From Podarcis muralis (taxonomy: Eukaryota), in assembly GCF_964188315.1 (NCBI RefSeq), contig NC_135666.1, positions 24,490,001 through 24,554,000 of the forward strand: DNA of 64,000 nt, given 5' to 3'. Under the pieces are notes generated by a model. It worked only from the letters and a program-made list of their open reading frames with translations. It did not search any database and was not told where the DNA came from. Below are positions 52,351-64,000 of this stretch, in pieces (position 1 is the first letter of the stretch; every line of letters starts with the position of its first letter). The position numbers and the translations under genes were made by a program.

Positions 52351-53310
52351 CTAGCCAGACTTAATTGCTGGCGTTTTCTTTTACTGCAGAGTGAGGCGTT
52401 GAACCACATCAGTGATTTACAAAGTGCATGACAGGAAGTTCTGGATTACTCAATGAAGTGATTGGTAATAGTAGTCAAGCTTTTTTGAATTACGGCTTAC
52501 TACCACCAACTGATTCAACCTTCCTCTACAACTCTCGCAGGGAGAGTTAAATAAATGTGCTCTATGGGTGTGATCAGTTCACACATAAACCTGAGGTTCA
52601 AAATGCTGACTAAAATCCAGAATGGACTGAATGGTCCGCTGTATACAGGAGTTCATTGACAGCTATGTAGATGCTATTTAGCATGAAGTTTGAAAACCAT
52701 TATCACATTTGAAATATTTTGAACGCCATTTTTAGCAGAAATGAATTAAGGTAAGAGGAGGGAGGCGGAACAATCATACTTTAACTCTTTCTGAAATCGT
52801 TTAGCTGGAAGATAGTCCTTTTGGAGTATCTGGAGCTCAGACTAAGCTACACACACACACACACAAAGTATGCCTTGCCAAAGAAATCTCCATGAAAATG
52901 GAAGTGAATGGCACGTGGGGGGGGGGGCAATACAGGAATAACTTTACACATTAATAGGCATACTGAGCAAAATGAAACTACATAAACTATTTTTGCATGT
53001 GCTTGCACTCTCTGGTGGAGTTCTAAACCTACCAATCAAGAAGAAAAGCCTTTTAAAACCACATGCACTGAATTCAAGCAAACATGTGAGGACTGGGATG
53101 CTGCTGTTTTGTTTCATTTTTAAAAGGAAAATGAAAGAAACTAACTGTCACAGAGATACGCACACCAGGTAATAAGGAGAGCCAACCAAGGGGATGATAA
53201 GGAAAGCCAAAACAATTTCTTTTAAAGATAGTACAAAATAATTTTAATAACTAGTTTTAAAAATTGCACTCTACCCTGCAACACACTGGCCCCAAACTAG
53301 ACAGAACTAG

Positions 53311-53517
53311 TTCCAGTTACAGATAGGTAGCCGTGTTGGTCTGCCATAGTCAAAACAAAAAAAATTCCTTCCAGTAGCACCTTAAAGACCAACTAAGTTA
53401 GTTCTTGGTATGAGCTTTCGTGTGCATGAAGAAGTGTGCATGCACACGAAAGCTCATACCAAGAACTAACTTAGTTGGTCTTTAAGGTGCTACTGGAAGG
53501 AATTTTTTTTTTTGTTT
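53311..53517. mobile_element. Penelope-like element remnant forming a long palindrome
   Basis: Same family as 21153; 13-bp TSD TAGACAGAACTAG (53298-53310, 53518-53530); arms 53352-53428 and 53439-53517 with a 10-nt spacer. Confidence 0.85.
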
Positions 53518-53700
53518 AGACAGAACTAGGCAATTAAGAGAACAATCCTGTACCCACTTTTTTGAGAATAAGCTCTGCTGAGTTCAGAAGGACTGACGTC
53601 TTGGTAGATATATACAGAATGTTGTTTTCAGTGTTTCCGCACTAATAAGAACTGAATGGGCATAATCCAAAGAAAGCTGAGTTCTTTTAAACCCTATTGA

Positions 53701-53772
53701 TGCCATAGAACCATAGGGTTAGAAGGGTCCCTGAGGGTCATCTAGTTCAAACCCCTGGAATGCAGGAATCTC
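53701..53772 (-). mobile_element. CR1-type 3' end fragment
   Basis: Reverse complement of the GATGACCC..CCCTTC.AAC..TTCTATG terminus. Confidence 0.7.
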
Positions 53773-54619
53773 AACATGTGGTTCCCCCATCCAGTTTGAA
53801 ACCATACTGGACCCTGCTTAGCTTTGCAAATGTGCTAGCAGTTTTATTGCTGCACCACCAGGAGGGTGCAGTTGGAACAATTTCCATTGAAATACATGGT
53901 TTGTACAACATAATCCTATGAATGTTTACTTGGAGGTATTATCCCACTGTATCCAAGAGGACTCATTCCTGAGAAAGTGTGTTTAGGGTGCAGCCTTGCA
54001 GTGCAATTCTACAGCATTGCTTGCTTCAAAATATTCACAGTATTATCTGTTGATAAAACAGAAGTCATAAAAGTGGTCTGGCTATTTAATGGACAGGAGA
54101 GACTCCTTGAAAGGGGTCAATATGTTTTTCCACAGCAATGATCACAGAAGCTGTTAGCAAGTGGACTTTTTGTTCTTACAGCGCAGGCACATTGACCATA
54201 ATAGACTCCAAGGAGATGTTAGTGTTTCTAAGATAAAATCCATGAACTGAGGAGGATTTACAACAAATAATGATAATGACTACACAGAAACTTTTAGAAT
54301 CGATGTAGTAAAAAAAACAACACACAAAACTTTTTGAAAAAGAGAATGTTTTATATCATGGTGCTGGACAGAATTTGCTTGGCCACATGGTATTCATGTC
54401 TTGGCAACATCCATAGTAGACTACTGCAATGGGCTATACTTGCGGATGCCTTGGAATAATACTTGGAAGCAAAGTAAGAGCCAGACTTCAGACTTCACCA
54501 TATGGCACTGATGGAATCCCCAAAACATATTCCTTACATCCCCAATGCAACCACACAGATTTTATCTTCTTCTGTTGCTACTGCCACAGTAACAACAGCA
54601 CTCCCCACCAGGCCTCCTA

Positions 54620-54930
54620 CTGCCAAATCTTAGGAAGATGGTGACCAGAGACAGAGTCTTTTCTGACATGGTGACCAAGCTTTGGGACTCTGTATCCCCA
54701 ATTATTCACCCAGTGCCTACTTCAAGCGCCATGTTAAAAAAGAGTTTGCATGCACTGCAAGGTCTTCAAAAGGCACAGTGATTTTGTTGCTTTATGGTCA
54801 CTAGTTTTACTGTTTGACTCCTTCTGCTGTTGTGTTATTCAGTTTCTATTGTTTATTGGTTGCAATGTTTTAATTGCAGCTTTAATATTATTGCAAGTCA
54901 CTGTGTTGCCCAGCAGTAATTGATGTAAGA
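54620..54930 (+). mobile_element. Old L2-type 3' fragment
   Basis: Degenerate similarity to the 4270 element (GACAGAGTCTTTTC..TGGTG..TTTGGGA..) with a T-rich tail; boundaries approximate. Confidence 0.45.
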
Positions 54931-55181
54931 TATTAAGCATCACAGTGATTTCTTAAATTACAGTAATGCTACTCAGTGTTTGCACACTGCTCGATTTCTG
55001 AAACATAACAGGAATAAAGGAAGAAGTATATTTCATGTGCACACATCTACATGTGGGGATCACAAACTTCCTACCAATGAGGGGAATTTGCAGTGGTAAA
55101 TTCTTATTTTTTTTTATAGTAATGGAGGCAGACCAAACTGCTAGATTTTGTATCTCCAAAGATTGGGCGTCAACCACTATA

Positions 55182-55280
55182 CAGGCAACTCCCCACTTAT
55201 GCGGGGGTTACGTTCCAGGGCCATGACACCTAAGTGAAATGCGCATAAGTGGGGATACCCTTACATAAGTGGGGAGTCCT
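55182..55280. mobile_element. Tigger-like DNA transposon end fragment
   Basis: TA|CAGGCAACTCCCCACTTATGCG with internal inverted GCGCATAAGTGGGGA copies; the other end was not identified. Confidence 0.45.
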
Positions 55281-56041
55281 CATGGGTCATAAGGAGACCC
55301 TCCTCAAAGCCTGAAGAGGATGTCCTCTTCGGGCTCTGGGAAGCATCTCCTTGTGAGCCAGAGGGGCAGCAGAACTTTGTTGAGGCTGCTCATCCTCCCT
55401 GTCTAACAGCCGACATGTAGGGGAGCGCAGCAGCAGTTGCTACCCTACACATCAGCTGAGCAGCCTCACCAAAGTCCCTCTGGTCTGGGTTCCACATCCG
55501 TGTACCCTGCTCCCAACCTCCATGCATTTAAGGTTCCTGTTTGCAGAGAGACTAGCCAGATACACCTAGGTCCAATACATGTGGTTCAGAACCCTGAAAA
55601 ATAAGCTCATGCATACAATAGCCTGTACCGAAAACAGGACTCTTGAAAAGATGGAGGTCAAAGGGGGGGGGGGGACTTGTTCTGTTCTCACTGCACTTTT
55701 GTTTGTGTCCAGATTAATGACTGAAGAGGGCTACAGCCATCTCAAGCAATGCAGGAAAAGTCTTCTCTCTCCTGAAAATGATACACAAAAGCCAACACTT
55801 TTGTGAATGAACACACAGACGTAAAACAAAATGAAGAGAGTGGCAAACAAAGACCAAAACCATAAATTTTAAAATATATATTTCAGGTCATTTTTATACT
55901 ATGTTCTTCTTTCTTTACAAGATGAATCACTTTACTTCCCATTCAACAAATGAAAGATAGGTCATAAGCTGTCTATGGCAAAAGGTGATTGCTTGTGCGG
56001 TAATAATAGCTACTGCAGTCACGTGTAAGCATTCCCTGTGA

Positions 56042-56259
56042 GTGGCGGAGCTTCATGCTCCAGCACCAGGGGGTGGAGAGCAGGTGGGGGCGTGGCTGGT
56101 GTGCGCCCCGGAGGCGTGGCGTGCCACCCGCAGGGGCATGGCACGCATCCTGGGGGCATGGCACCCAGCATGGGCGGCGGGCAAGCGCGATTGAACCCCA
56201 CCGAGATCGTGCTGCTGGGGGCAGTGCGCTCCCCCTGCCCCCCTCTTCCTCCACCAGTG
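56042..56259. mobile_element. GC-rich hAT MITE
   Basis: 8-bp TSD CCCTGTGA (56034-56041, 56260-56267); imperfect TIR GTGGCGGAG / CTCCACCAGTG. Confidence 0.7.
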
Positions 56260-58364
56260 CCCTGTGAAACTGGCTATTAGTAACAGCTAATAATAGCTTC
56301 ATTGTTGAAAGGTAGCAGAAGTCATTAATAGCCATTCCCAACTGTAAAAAAATGTTTCTAAGACACATGATGGCCCACATGATGCAAGAATTGTTGGAGC
56401 AGAATAGACCATGCCAGCCACACAGGCAGAACCAACCTTCTCCTGCCTTTTGGAGGTAGGAAGAAAGTTATATTACCAGCCTATTCCTTCAGTAATTTTA
56501 CTTTACCTACCAAACCACTCAAGCTACAAGAGTAAACCTTGGGATTAATCCAGATTTAAGAATTACTAAATGGGTGTAATCTGTTTTCACCATCTGAGAT
56601 AAAATTCTAATCAGTGGTTTGGAGAACAAAAATTTGGGGTTGTATTCTGCTGTACTTGAATTGGTGGGTTGAAACCAAACACCGGATTGTGGACTAGTCT
56701 AAAATGACTCATGAAAAGGAGCAGCATTGTAAAATCAGTTTCACTTAGTAGGAAAGCAGGGTTCTTTGAAACTATTCAACACTGGGACAGAAGATTCATT
56801 GAAAATGGCATGAGCACAAACAGAGTCTGTCCCTGTATTGCAGCATATGGTTGTAAACACGACTATCAGAATTTCAAATAAGGCATTTTGCTAATGGTGT
56901 CCACAGCAGGACTTGCAGATCATTTCTGTCTTGTAGAATGAAATTTACTGCTAACATTTGCACAGCAACATTTCGACTTCTATAGCAGGCAGTCTTTTTC
57001 TCCCTTTGACAAAACATGTATATTATAGTTAGTATGTATTGAGAGGCTTCAAGATAACTATACCAAGCCAAATGGGATGAATAGCATTATAAACCCCCAG
57101 TTTACACTGATATTTATGAAGTGGAAACAATAACAAGGTCACTGATAGAGGTTATCAGGAGAAGTGGAAGTATAAAGTACAAATATTTAAGCTTGCACAG
57201 AAGAGTCATGTTTTTCAGAAGGTGAAAGGTCTTCTCATGTAAACTCTGACAGATCTGGATATTGTAAGTTATTGTTAAAGAGATTGGGGGCAGGTGGACA
57301 AAAATGCTTTTGAAGAGTTTTCTACTCTCGCATTAAATTCTATTCATCCCACAATCTTTATTCCTAGAAGTGAACTGGGTCATATATTCTGTCTTGCAGC
57401 TCCGTTGTGAACAGACACAGCATGCTAAAGTATGTTCTCTTAGCAATACATGCCTGTTTGTTCAGAGAATACACCTAAAAAGTTCTGCTTCCCCTCATTA
57501 TTTCTCACCAAGAATCTGACCCAGCATCCATGAGTTTTGTTGCAGTTGTCAATAAGCTAGCATTCGTTGAGAATCTAGCCTGGGTCTAATTCTATTATTC
57601 TGATTCATCTTCCCTCTCCCTATATTACAAAATAAACACATAGGTAAAATAAAATCACTTGATCCAGTGTCCATGTCTGTTTTATAACAGTGTAAACAAA
57701 ATAGTTGTGTGACTATCCAAGCACGGTTTTTATCTGCTGTTATTGCTGTTGGTTTGCTTTAGTGTATTGTATTTTAACTTTTGCCAGCAGGGCCAATTTG
57801 CTAGTTGGCCAATTGGCATGGAGATGGCAAAGGGCTGCAGTTGGGAAGAGGTGGCATAATAGGGTATTTGAAAACACACCACATCCTTCGGAAGGTATGG
57901 CTGCCAATTCTGCTAGAGGAGAATCCCTAAGACACAGAGAAAGCAGCAAACTAAGCCAACCTGTGTGAAGAAGGTGATAAAGATTTGCGTCAAACAATCT
58001 TCCAAGAGAGAATCCATGGACATGAGAGAACAGAGATGGAGTTGCTACTGAAGGCAGAAGGTAACAGGAAGCTTGGAGGTTGTTGTGTCAGCTGACCAAC
58101 GTATTTCAGGAAGCTTGGGAGCAGGGATGGGACCACTGCTGGGATCTGATGATGTTAGCCTGGCTGTTATTATTTTTATGGTGTGCTTTTTTAATAAAAA
58201 AAATTACTGTTCTGTCAGTTGTAGATTTTTCTAATGTCTAATTTACATGTGACTTGAGGGATGTGATTTTGATGGTGCTGTTTGGTGCTGTTTTGCTAAT
58301 AATTTTCTGACTGTGAGCCAGTTTGGGAGGGCATTTAGTTCTGAAAAACAGCATCTAAGCTGAA

Positions 58365-58407
58365 AAATAGATAGATGATAGATAGATGATAGATAGATGA
58401 TAGATAG
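58365..58407. repeat. (GATA)n microsatellite, interrupted
   Basis: Visible repeat. Confidence 0.9.
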
Positions 58408-59072
58408 ATAGAGATAGATAGATATAGATTTCCCTCAGTAGGACTGCATCCTGCCTTACTTGATCTCTGCCTGAACTAACCCTCCTCTGACTAGAAATCA
58501 GTCTAGATGAGACCATTGCCTGGGACAGAACACTTAACAATTTTTTTAAAAAAGACAATAGTGTAAAATTAACAAGAAATCCATATTTTTTAAAAAAAAA
58601 ATACAAAAAAACTATGGTGAGAAATAAATTTACTAAGAAGGACCAGACATGCACACCAGGATATAGAACCAGGCGCTGAAGAACGCAAGGAGCTCCAGAG
58701 ACATTCAAAATAATATTTTCTTTGCCAAGTGCCTAAAACGACCATGGAAGATGCAAGAGGAACCTTTTTTGGGAGGAAGTTTTATAAGTTGGGTGCCACT
58801 ACTGAGATGGCCCTAGCTCAAGCCTCTATGTACTGTAACTATGACGGCACAAGCATTTGGAGCAGAGCCTCTGAAGAGGGTCTTAGTGTGTTCGGGAGGT
58901 TCAGGATAGGATAGGTTTATATAATTGTTTTCTCATGATCTTTTCTTCTCCCTCTACTGCTTATACGGCTTCCTTCCTTGCTGTAAACACCTTGCAGGAC
59001 ATACTTGCTTATAGTTCTCTATACATCTTTTTCAGTTCATAAGATACCATGTACACAGATGGTGTCTTAATT

Positions 59073-59214
59073 GTAGAATCATAGAACCACAGAGTTGGAA
59101 GGGACCACGAGGGTCATCTAGTCCAACCCCCTGCAATGCTGGAATATTCCACCCAATGTGAAGCTTGAACCCACAGCCATGAAATTAAGAGTCTCGTGCT
59201 GTGCTGACTGAGCT
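59073..59214 (-). mobile_element. tRNA(Lys-like)-headed SINE with CR1-derived 3' tail
   Basis: Minus strand reads AGCTCAGTC..GAGACTCTTAAT..GGGTTCAAGC then TTGGACTAGATGACCCTC..CCCTTCCAACTCT..TTCTATGATTCTA. Confidence 0.75.
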
Positions 59215-59233
59215 GTCTATGTTCTAGTAGTAC

Positions 59234-59291
59234 TAATAGGAGTAGTATTCAAAGTCATAAGTAATAGGAGTTAAGTATTCAAAGTCATAAG
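59234..59291. repeat. Short tandem duplication, about 29-bp unit
   Basis: TAATAGGAGT..AGTATTCAAAGTCATAAG occurs twice. Confidence 0.8.
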
Positions 59292-61527
59292 TATCCTCTA
59301 CATAGATTTTGGGGAGTTAATCGTTTTCAAAAATAATGGAGGGTAGCACCAGTTTCCAAAACCAACAAACAATTATGCTATTTGTGTTTACATTACATAT
59401 AATACATTAAATATTTAATTATATACAATACTCTAAAATTAATTATGCTTGGCTTTTTTGAGCATAATGTAATAGTTGTAACTCTTAATCAGAAGAAAGA
59501 TCCTGTAGGAGACATGAGATGAAAATTGTCTTAAACAAAAAGGTGCGCTATACTTGAAATGTCCGAGGCATGATTAAGTTTTTGAAGTGCTTCAGTAAAC
59601 AGATGGAGGGTGTTTCAGCTTGGGGGTCATCTCAATTTATTGAACTTAATTATTCACAACCTTGTCATTATACTGTTCAAATAAAGAACTCAGTCAATGC
59701 TGAATGGCTGGCAAACTTTATTTCTGGGAGCTAGAAAAAAACCTGAGCGCTATTTTTTTTTAAGCTGAGTTTTGTTGTCAGTGCAGTTTCCTATACTATA
59801 ACATGCTGTGCTCAGCATAATAAAGATCAAAGAGATATGAGTCTTTAGTGCAGCTAATCCCATTGTCTCTGGATCTCCACAATTCCAGCAAAAAGTTCCA
59901 TTAAAAGCACTGACCTTGAAACTTTTGAGTACCAAATCGTGGCAGGTGAACAAGAACGGGACAAAAGAAGTGATTAATGAGCTTCCTGCACAATTGTGTT
60001 AATCTGAAAGTGTTTAGAGAATATATATATATTCATACACACACTCACATATGACTAAAACCTTGGATATTCTATAAAAGGAAATGGGTCCCACATGAAT
60101 GTTTGTAAGGCTTTAACATCCCTGGCATGATGATAAGAAATGAAAAGCTTTCACTGTCCGAAAGAATTGATTTAGAATTTCCAACCATCCCAAGAGTCTC
60201 CCAACTGCTTACAAACTGCCAGGTGAACGTGTCCAAGAAGCTTTTGTTTTATTTTTAAAATAAAGCACAGAACTTTGGTTCAGAGTCTCCAAAGCAGCAA
60301 GGGCGCTTTAAAAAAAATATGTCTACAACAAGAATAATAAATTTTCTTAATTCCCAGTGTAGTTTAACACCATATCGGTATCATATGCTAAACAAAAGGC
60401 CAATGGAGATGGAACATAATACACCTCCCTGTCAAGCACACCCATATCTCCAGGCTTCAGTAATTCCCTGTAATAATAAATGCCTTGTCAAAGGGGGCAG
60501 TAAATTGCAAGAAATATGTCTGACAATCACCATCAATTTTATTGCTTTCAGGCTCCAATTCTAAAGCACACTCACTTAAATACTAGGTTGTGCTGGAAGG
60601 GAAATAATGTTTCTCTTCAGGATCAGGGAACGTTCCGGATAAGTATGGGGATGTGGTCTAGGGTTCAATGGGAAAGGGAATCAGGTAGGAGCACCTAATG
60701 CAAGTGGCGCTCAACAACGCCCCGGGTGTCCTGGTTTTTATTTTTTTGAAACATGGCAACCCTAACAGTAGCGAAGAGGGGATGGGAAAGTCTCCTTGTG
60801 CAAACCTCTTTCTGCTCACAGTTCTTCGAAACTATGGCGGTATCTTTAGCTACTTTGATATGCATTTTAAACCATAAATGCAACATCGTTAAAAATAGAC
60901 TTTTGCACTTAAAATTGTAAACAAGACTTTTAGAACATGCCCCCAAGAGCAACCTTATGCATTGATATGGGTATATATAACTAAGATTGTTCTGTTTCCT
61001 GAAGCACAGACTCATCAGTACTAAAGTAAAGAGTTCCATCAAGAGAAGTCAATAAATTAAAGGCTTTGACATCAACTATGGGCTGCAACAACCCAGAACA
61101 AATTGGAGTAACTGGATACAATCCTCTCCTGCACAAAACCACAACAAGCTCCTTATTTTAAGTGATCTCTTATTTTAGAGGATCTCATTTTAAAAGGTGT
61201 CCTGCATCTCAGCTCCATTTGCACACGGCAGATTTTGAATTACTTTGTCAATTACTAGGGCAAGGTCCTCATTTAACACATTTCAGAAAAGTCTGAAGTA
61301 ATCCAGCGATCTTCAGAGATCCATTGCTACACAGGGGAAATGTTTGTGCAACCTGCAAGCATTTATATGTGATGGGGAAGTTCAAAAAGATTCTCCCTCT
61401 TTAAAGCGACGCCATATATTTATGCTTTTTCAATGACCACATCCCATCAATGTGCTGATTACTATATTGCCGAAATATAAAAGTGAAGTGGGGAGAGAGA
61501 TCTTTCTTGACATTCTCAAGTAATTAC

Positions 61528-61816
61528 CTGTTGGGGGTGATGCTGTAGGTTCGTCGGGCAAGAACCCTGATGATCGCAAGCATTCCCTTGTAAACACGAT
61601 GTCATCAAGGGCTATATATCTGTAGCCTTTTCCAACACGCCCTTCAAAGGTGATCTGGAAGTCCTCATAGGCTTCTAATAGCAGCACTTTTCTTTTCCAG
61701 AAATTCCCCTGATCTCCAGAGAGGCTGAATAATACTTGGGGGGGATTTGATGCTGTCACCTGGTAGACAGTTAGTGATCCAGTGTTAGCTCCATACATGT
61801 GGTAGTAGAATATGAC
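61528..61816 (-). CDS. MALRD1: MALRD1 exon, C-terminal half of MAM domain (VIFYYHMYGANTGSLTVY...QGNFW...IALDDIVFTRECL...PPTG)
   Basis: Acceptor tttcag|GTC, donor ACAG|gtaatt. 289 bp, phase 0 to 1, in frame with both neighbours. MAM motifs FYYHMYG and IALDDI. Confidence 0.95.
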
Positions 61817-62649
61817 CTGAAATGAAGAGAAGGAGTAAATATGGAGCAGTGACTTTAAATAATACTCCCTTCATAGTGAAAACATGTTTTATGGTTCCAT
61901 GAGAAAAGAATCCAACAGACTATCTGTCAGTGTGCAGTGGATTTGCAATATTTATCCATTTAAATATCTATAGTCCATTAATGATTTTACAGTAAAGACC
62001 AGCTTTTAAGGGGAAGGTGGTGGGACAGGGGAGCAGGAAGCAGTTGCACTTCTTAATAGAGATACTGAATTCTTGGAGACTGGTTCAGTATCACCCATGA
62101 AGTCTCATTTTAGATCCTTTCGTTGTTTTGAGTTAACTTTGTTGTTTTTGATTGTTTCTTGTTGCTTTAATGTGCTTCTAAACTGCCTTGAGAGTTCCAC
62201 AGTAGGGCACCTTAGAAATCTAATAAATAAATAACTTCCTTTGAAAAATAAATGTTTATTTCCCACTACCAAATGTTTGGGGGTGGAATCCAACTGACAT
62301 TTTAACCGCAATAATCTTTTTTATTCAAATATTTGTTTATCCTTGCTTAATTTCAATAGTTTATCAGAGGCACACAAATTATTCTGTACATTTTTTATCA
62401 TAAGACATTTTCTACACCCAGCAGCCAAGATCCAAACACTAATGTCACTTAAGCAATGTATTTCATTCAGAACAAATGAAAGTTTTCAACAGAACCTATT
62501 TCCCTTTTTGGAGGTTCTACACTGAAAGCAACATAATACTGCTTTACAATAGCATTTGGTTAATTAAAGGAACAAGGTGATACCTATAAAACAAAATATT
62601 TTCTCTAAGGGACGCTTAAGTGATGTTTTATTCTTGCAATTAGTAATTA

Positions 62650-63003
<354 letters not shown>

Positions 63004-63807
63004 TTAGCACCATAATAACAAACATATTCTGCCTTTATCCTCAAAATGGAGGGAGTCTCATTTAACTAATGAACGGCTTTTTAACAGGTGGCTGATGTAC
63101 CATCATGCAAAGGCTGATGGTGATAATGACATTATTTTAAAAGGAATTTAGATTAGCAAACAGCCTTTTCTTTAATTCAGGCTTATTTTACCCAATAGGT
63201 ATCTAATTGCAACTTACAAATGAATGCTTATAAGATGCAATATGGGTAAACCAAAAATATCCGGTACCTTAGATATTTATTTCATAATATTTTGAGAAAA
63301 ACAGAAAGCTTTAAATTTTTAATTGTTAAACCTATTGTTTTAAGTTTCTAAGTTTTAAGATTCAAAGATCGCAACAAACCAATTCTTCTAGACAAGCAAA
63401 AGAGAACAAACTTTTTATATATTTTAGTAACATACAGAATTATACTAGCTATAGGAATTAGACCATCAGAGAACAAGGTCAACTATTAAAAGAAACAGCA
63501 GGATGCAGCTTATTTCATATTGAAATTACCTGTGAAATTACTTATATTTGGACTTAACGTTACTTCAGTATAAAAAGAGATAATTAAAAAAGAGCAAAAA
63601 ACAACTTGACTAGATATGTTCTTTCATATTCAAAGAGAAGGTACAATTTGAAAGTCCAGGCACAATGATGCTGCAGGCGGTGGGAAGTTGAAATAAGCAC
63701 AGAACAACCATTTGGGATTAAACAGGCCACAAGTTTATTTATTAGAGATGTCATCAGGGTTTGGCGTAGGCATTGGGTGTGTATCCTGTATCAACCAGCC
63801 TGTCTGC

Positions 63808-64000
63808 TGTCATGGACTGGCTGGATGCAGAGCAAACCCCCAGGGGTAGAAGGCTCAGAAGCAGGGGATTTGGGGTGGGATGGTGATGCATGTTCAGAGA
63901 GAGAAGAGGGGGCAGACTGGAAGGAGGAAGTGTCAGAAGCTGCAGAAGTAACAGGGCTTAGTGAGCAGGAAGAGGCTGTGGCAGAGGGCAGTCTAGACTC
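63808..64000 (+). mobile_element. TGTCA-initiated purine-rich LTR-like repeat, truncated by the window end
   Basis: Starts TGTCATGGACTGG; composition resembles 44798-45205. Confidence 0.35.

Noticed and set aside
59150-59214. tRNA-Lys gene
   Set aside because: Degenerate, fused to a CR1 tail and lacking a Pol III terminator; it is a SINE head.

Overview
Vertebrate genomic DNA, most likely a squamate reptile. The Sauria/Squam1 SINEs, BovB LINE and Penelope remnants point to a lacertid lizard (inference). The only host protein-coding content I can support is seven consecutive minus-strand exons of MALRD1 (MAM and LDL-receptor class A domains). They have canonical GT-AG junctions and mutually consistent phases: 1413 nt, about 470 codons; the gene extends beyond both window ends. 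The rest is intronic and rich in transposable elements. Most notable: (1) a ~960-bp hAT-type element whose CpG-rich interior resembles a captured promoter plus first exon (RFX X-box, CRE, 5' splice donor) oriented sense to MALRD1; (2) a three-level nest, hAT MITE inside a Squam1 SINE tail inside a nearly intact BovB LINE, with all three target-site duplications (TSDs) readable; (3) a three-copy hAT MITE family carrying a variable 22-bp repeat with a CCCTAA/TTAGGG core; (4) Penelope-like remnants with hammerhead-ribozyme motifs and a ~77-bp near-perfect hairpin; (5) four Squam1 SINEs showing all four combinations of two diagnostic blocks, which suggests recombination between subfamilies. Repeat family names come from recognition of sequence, not a database search.
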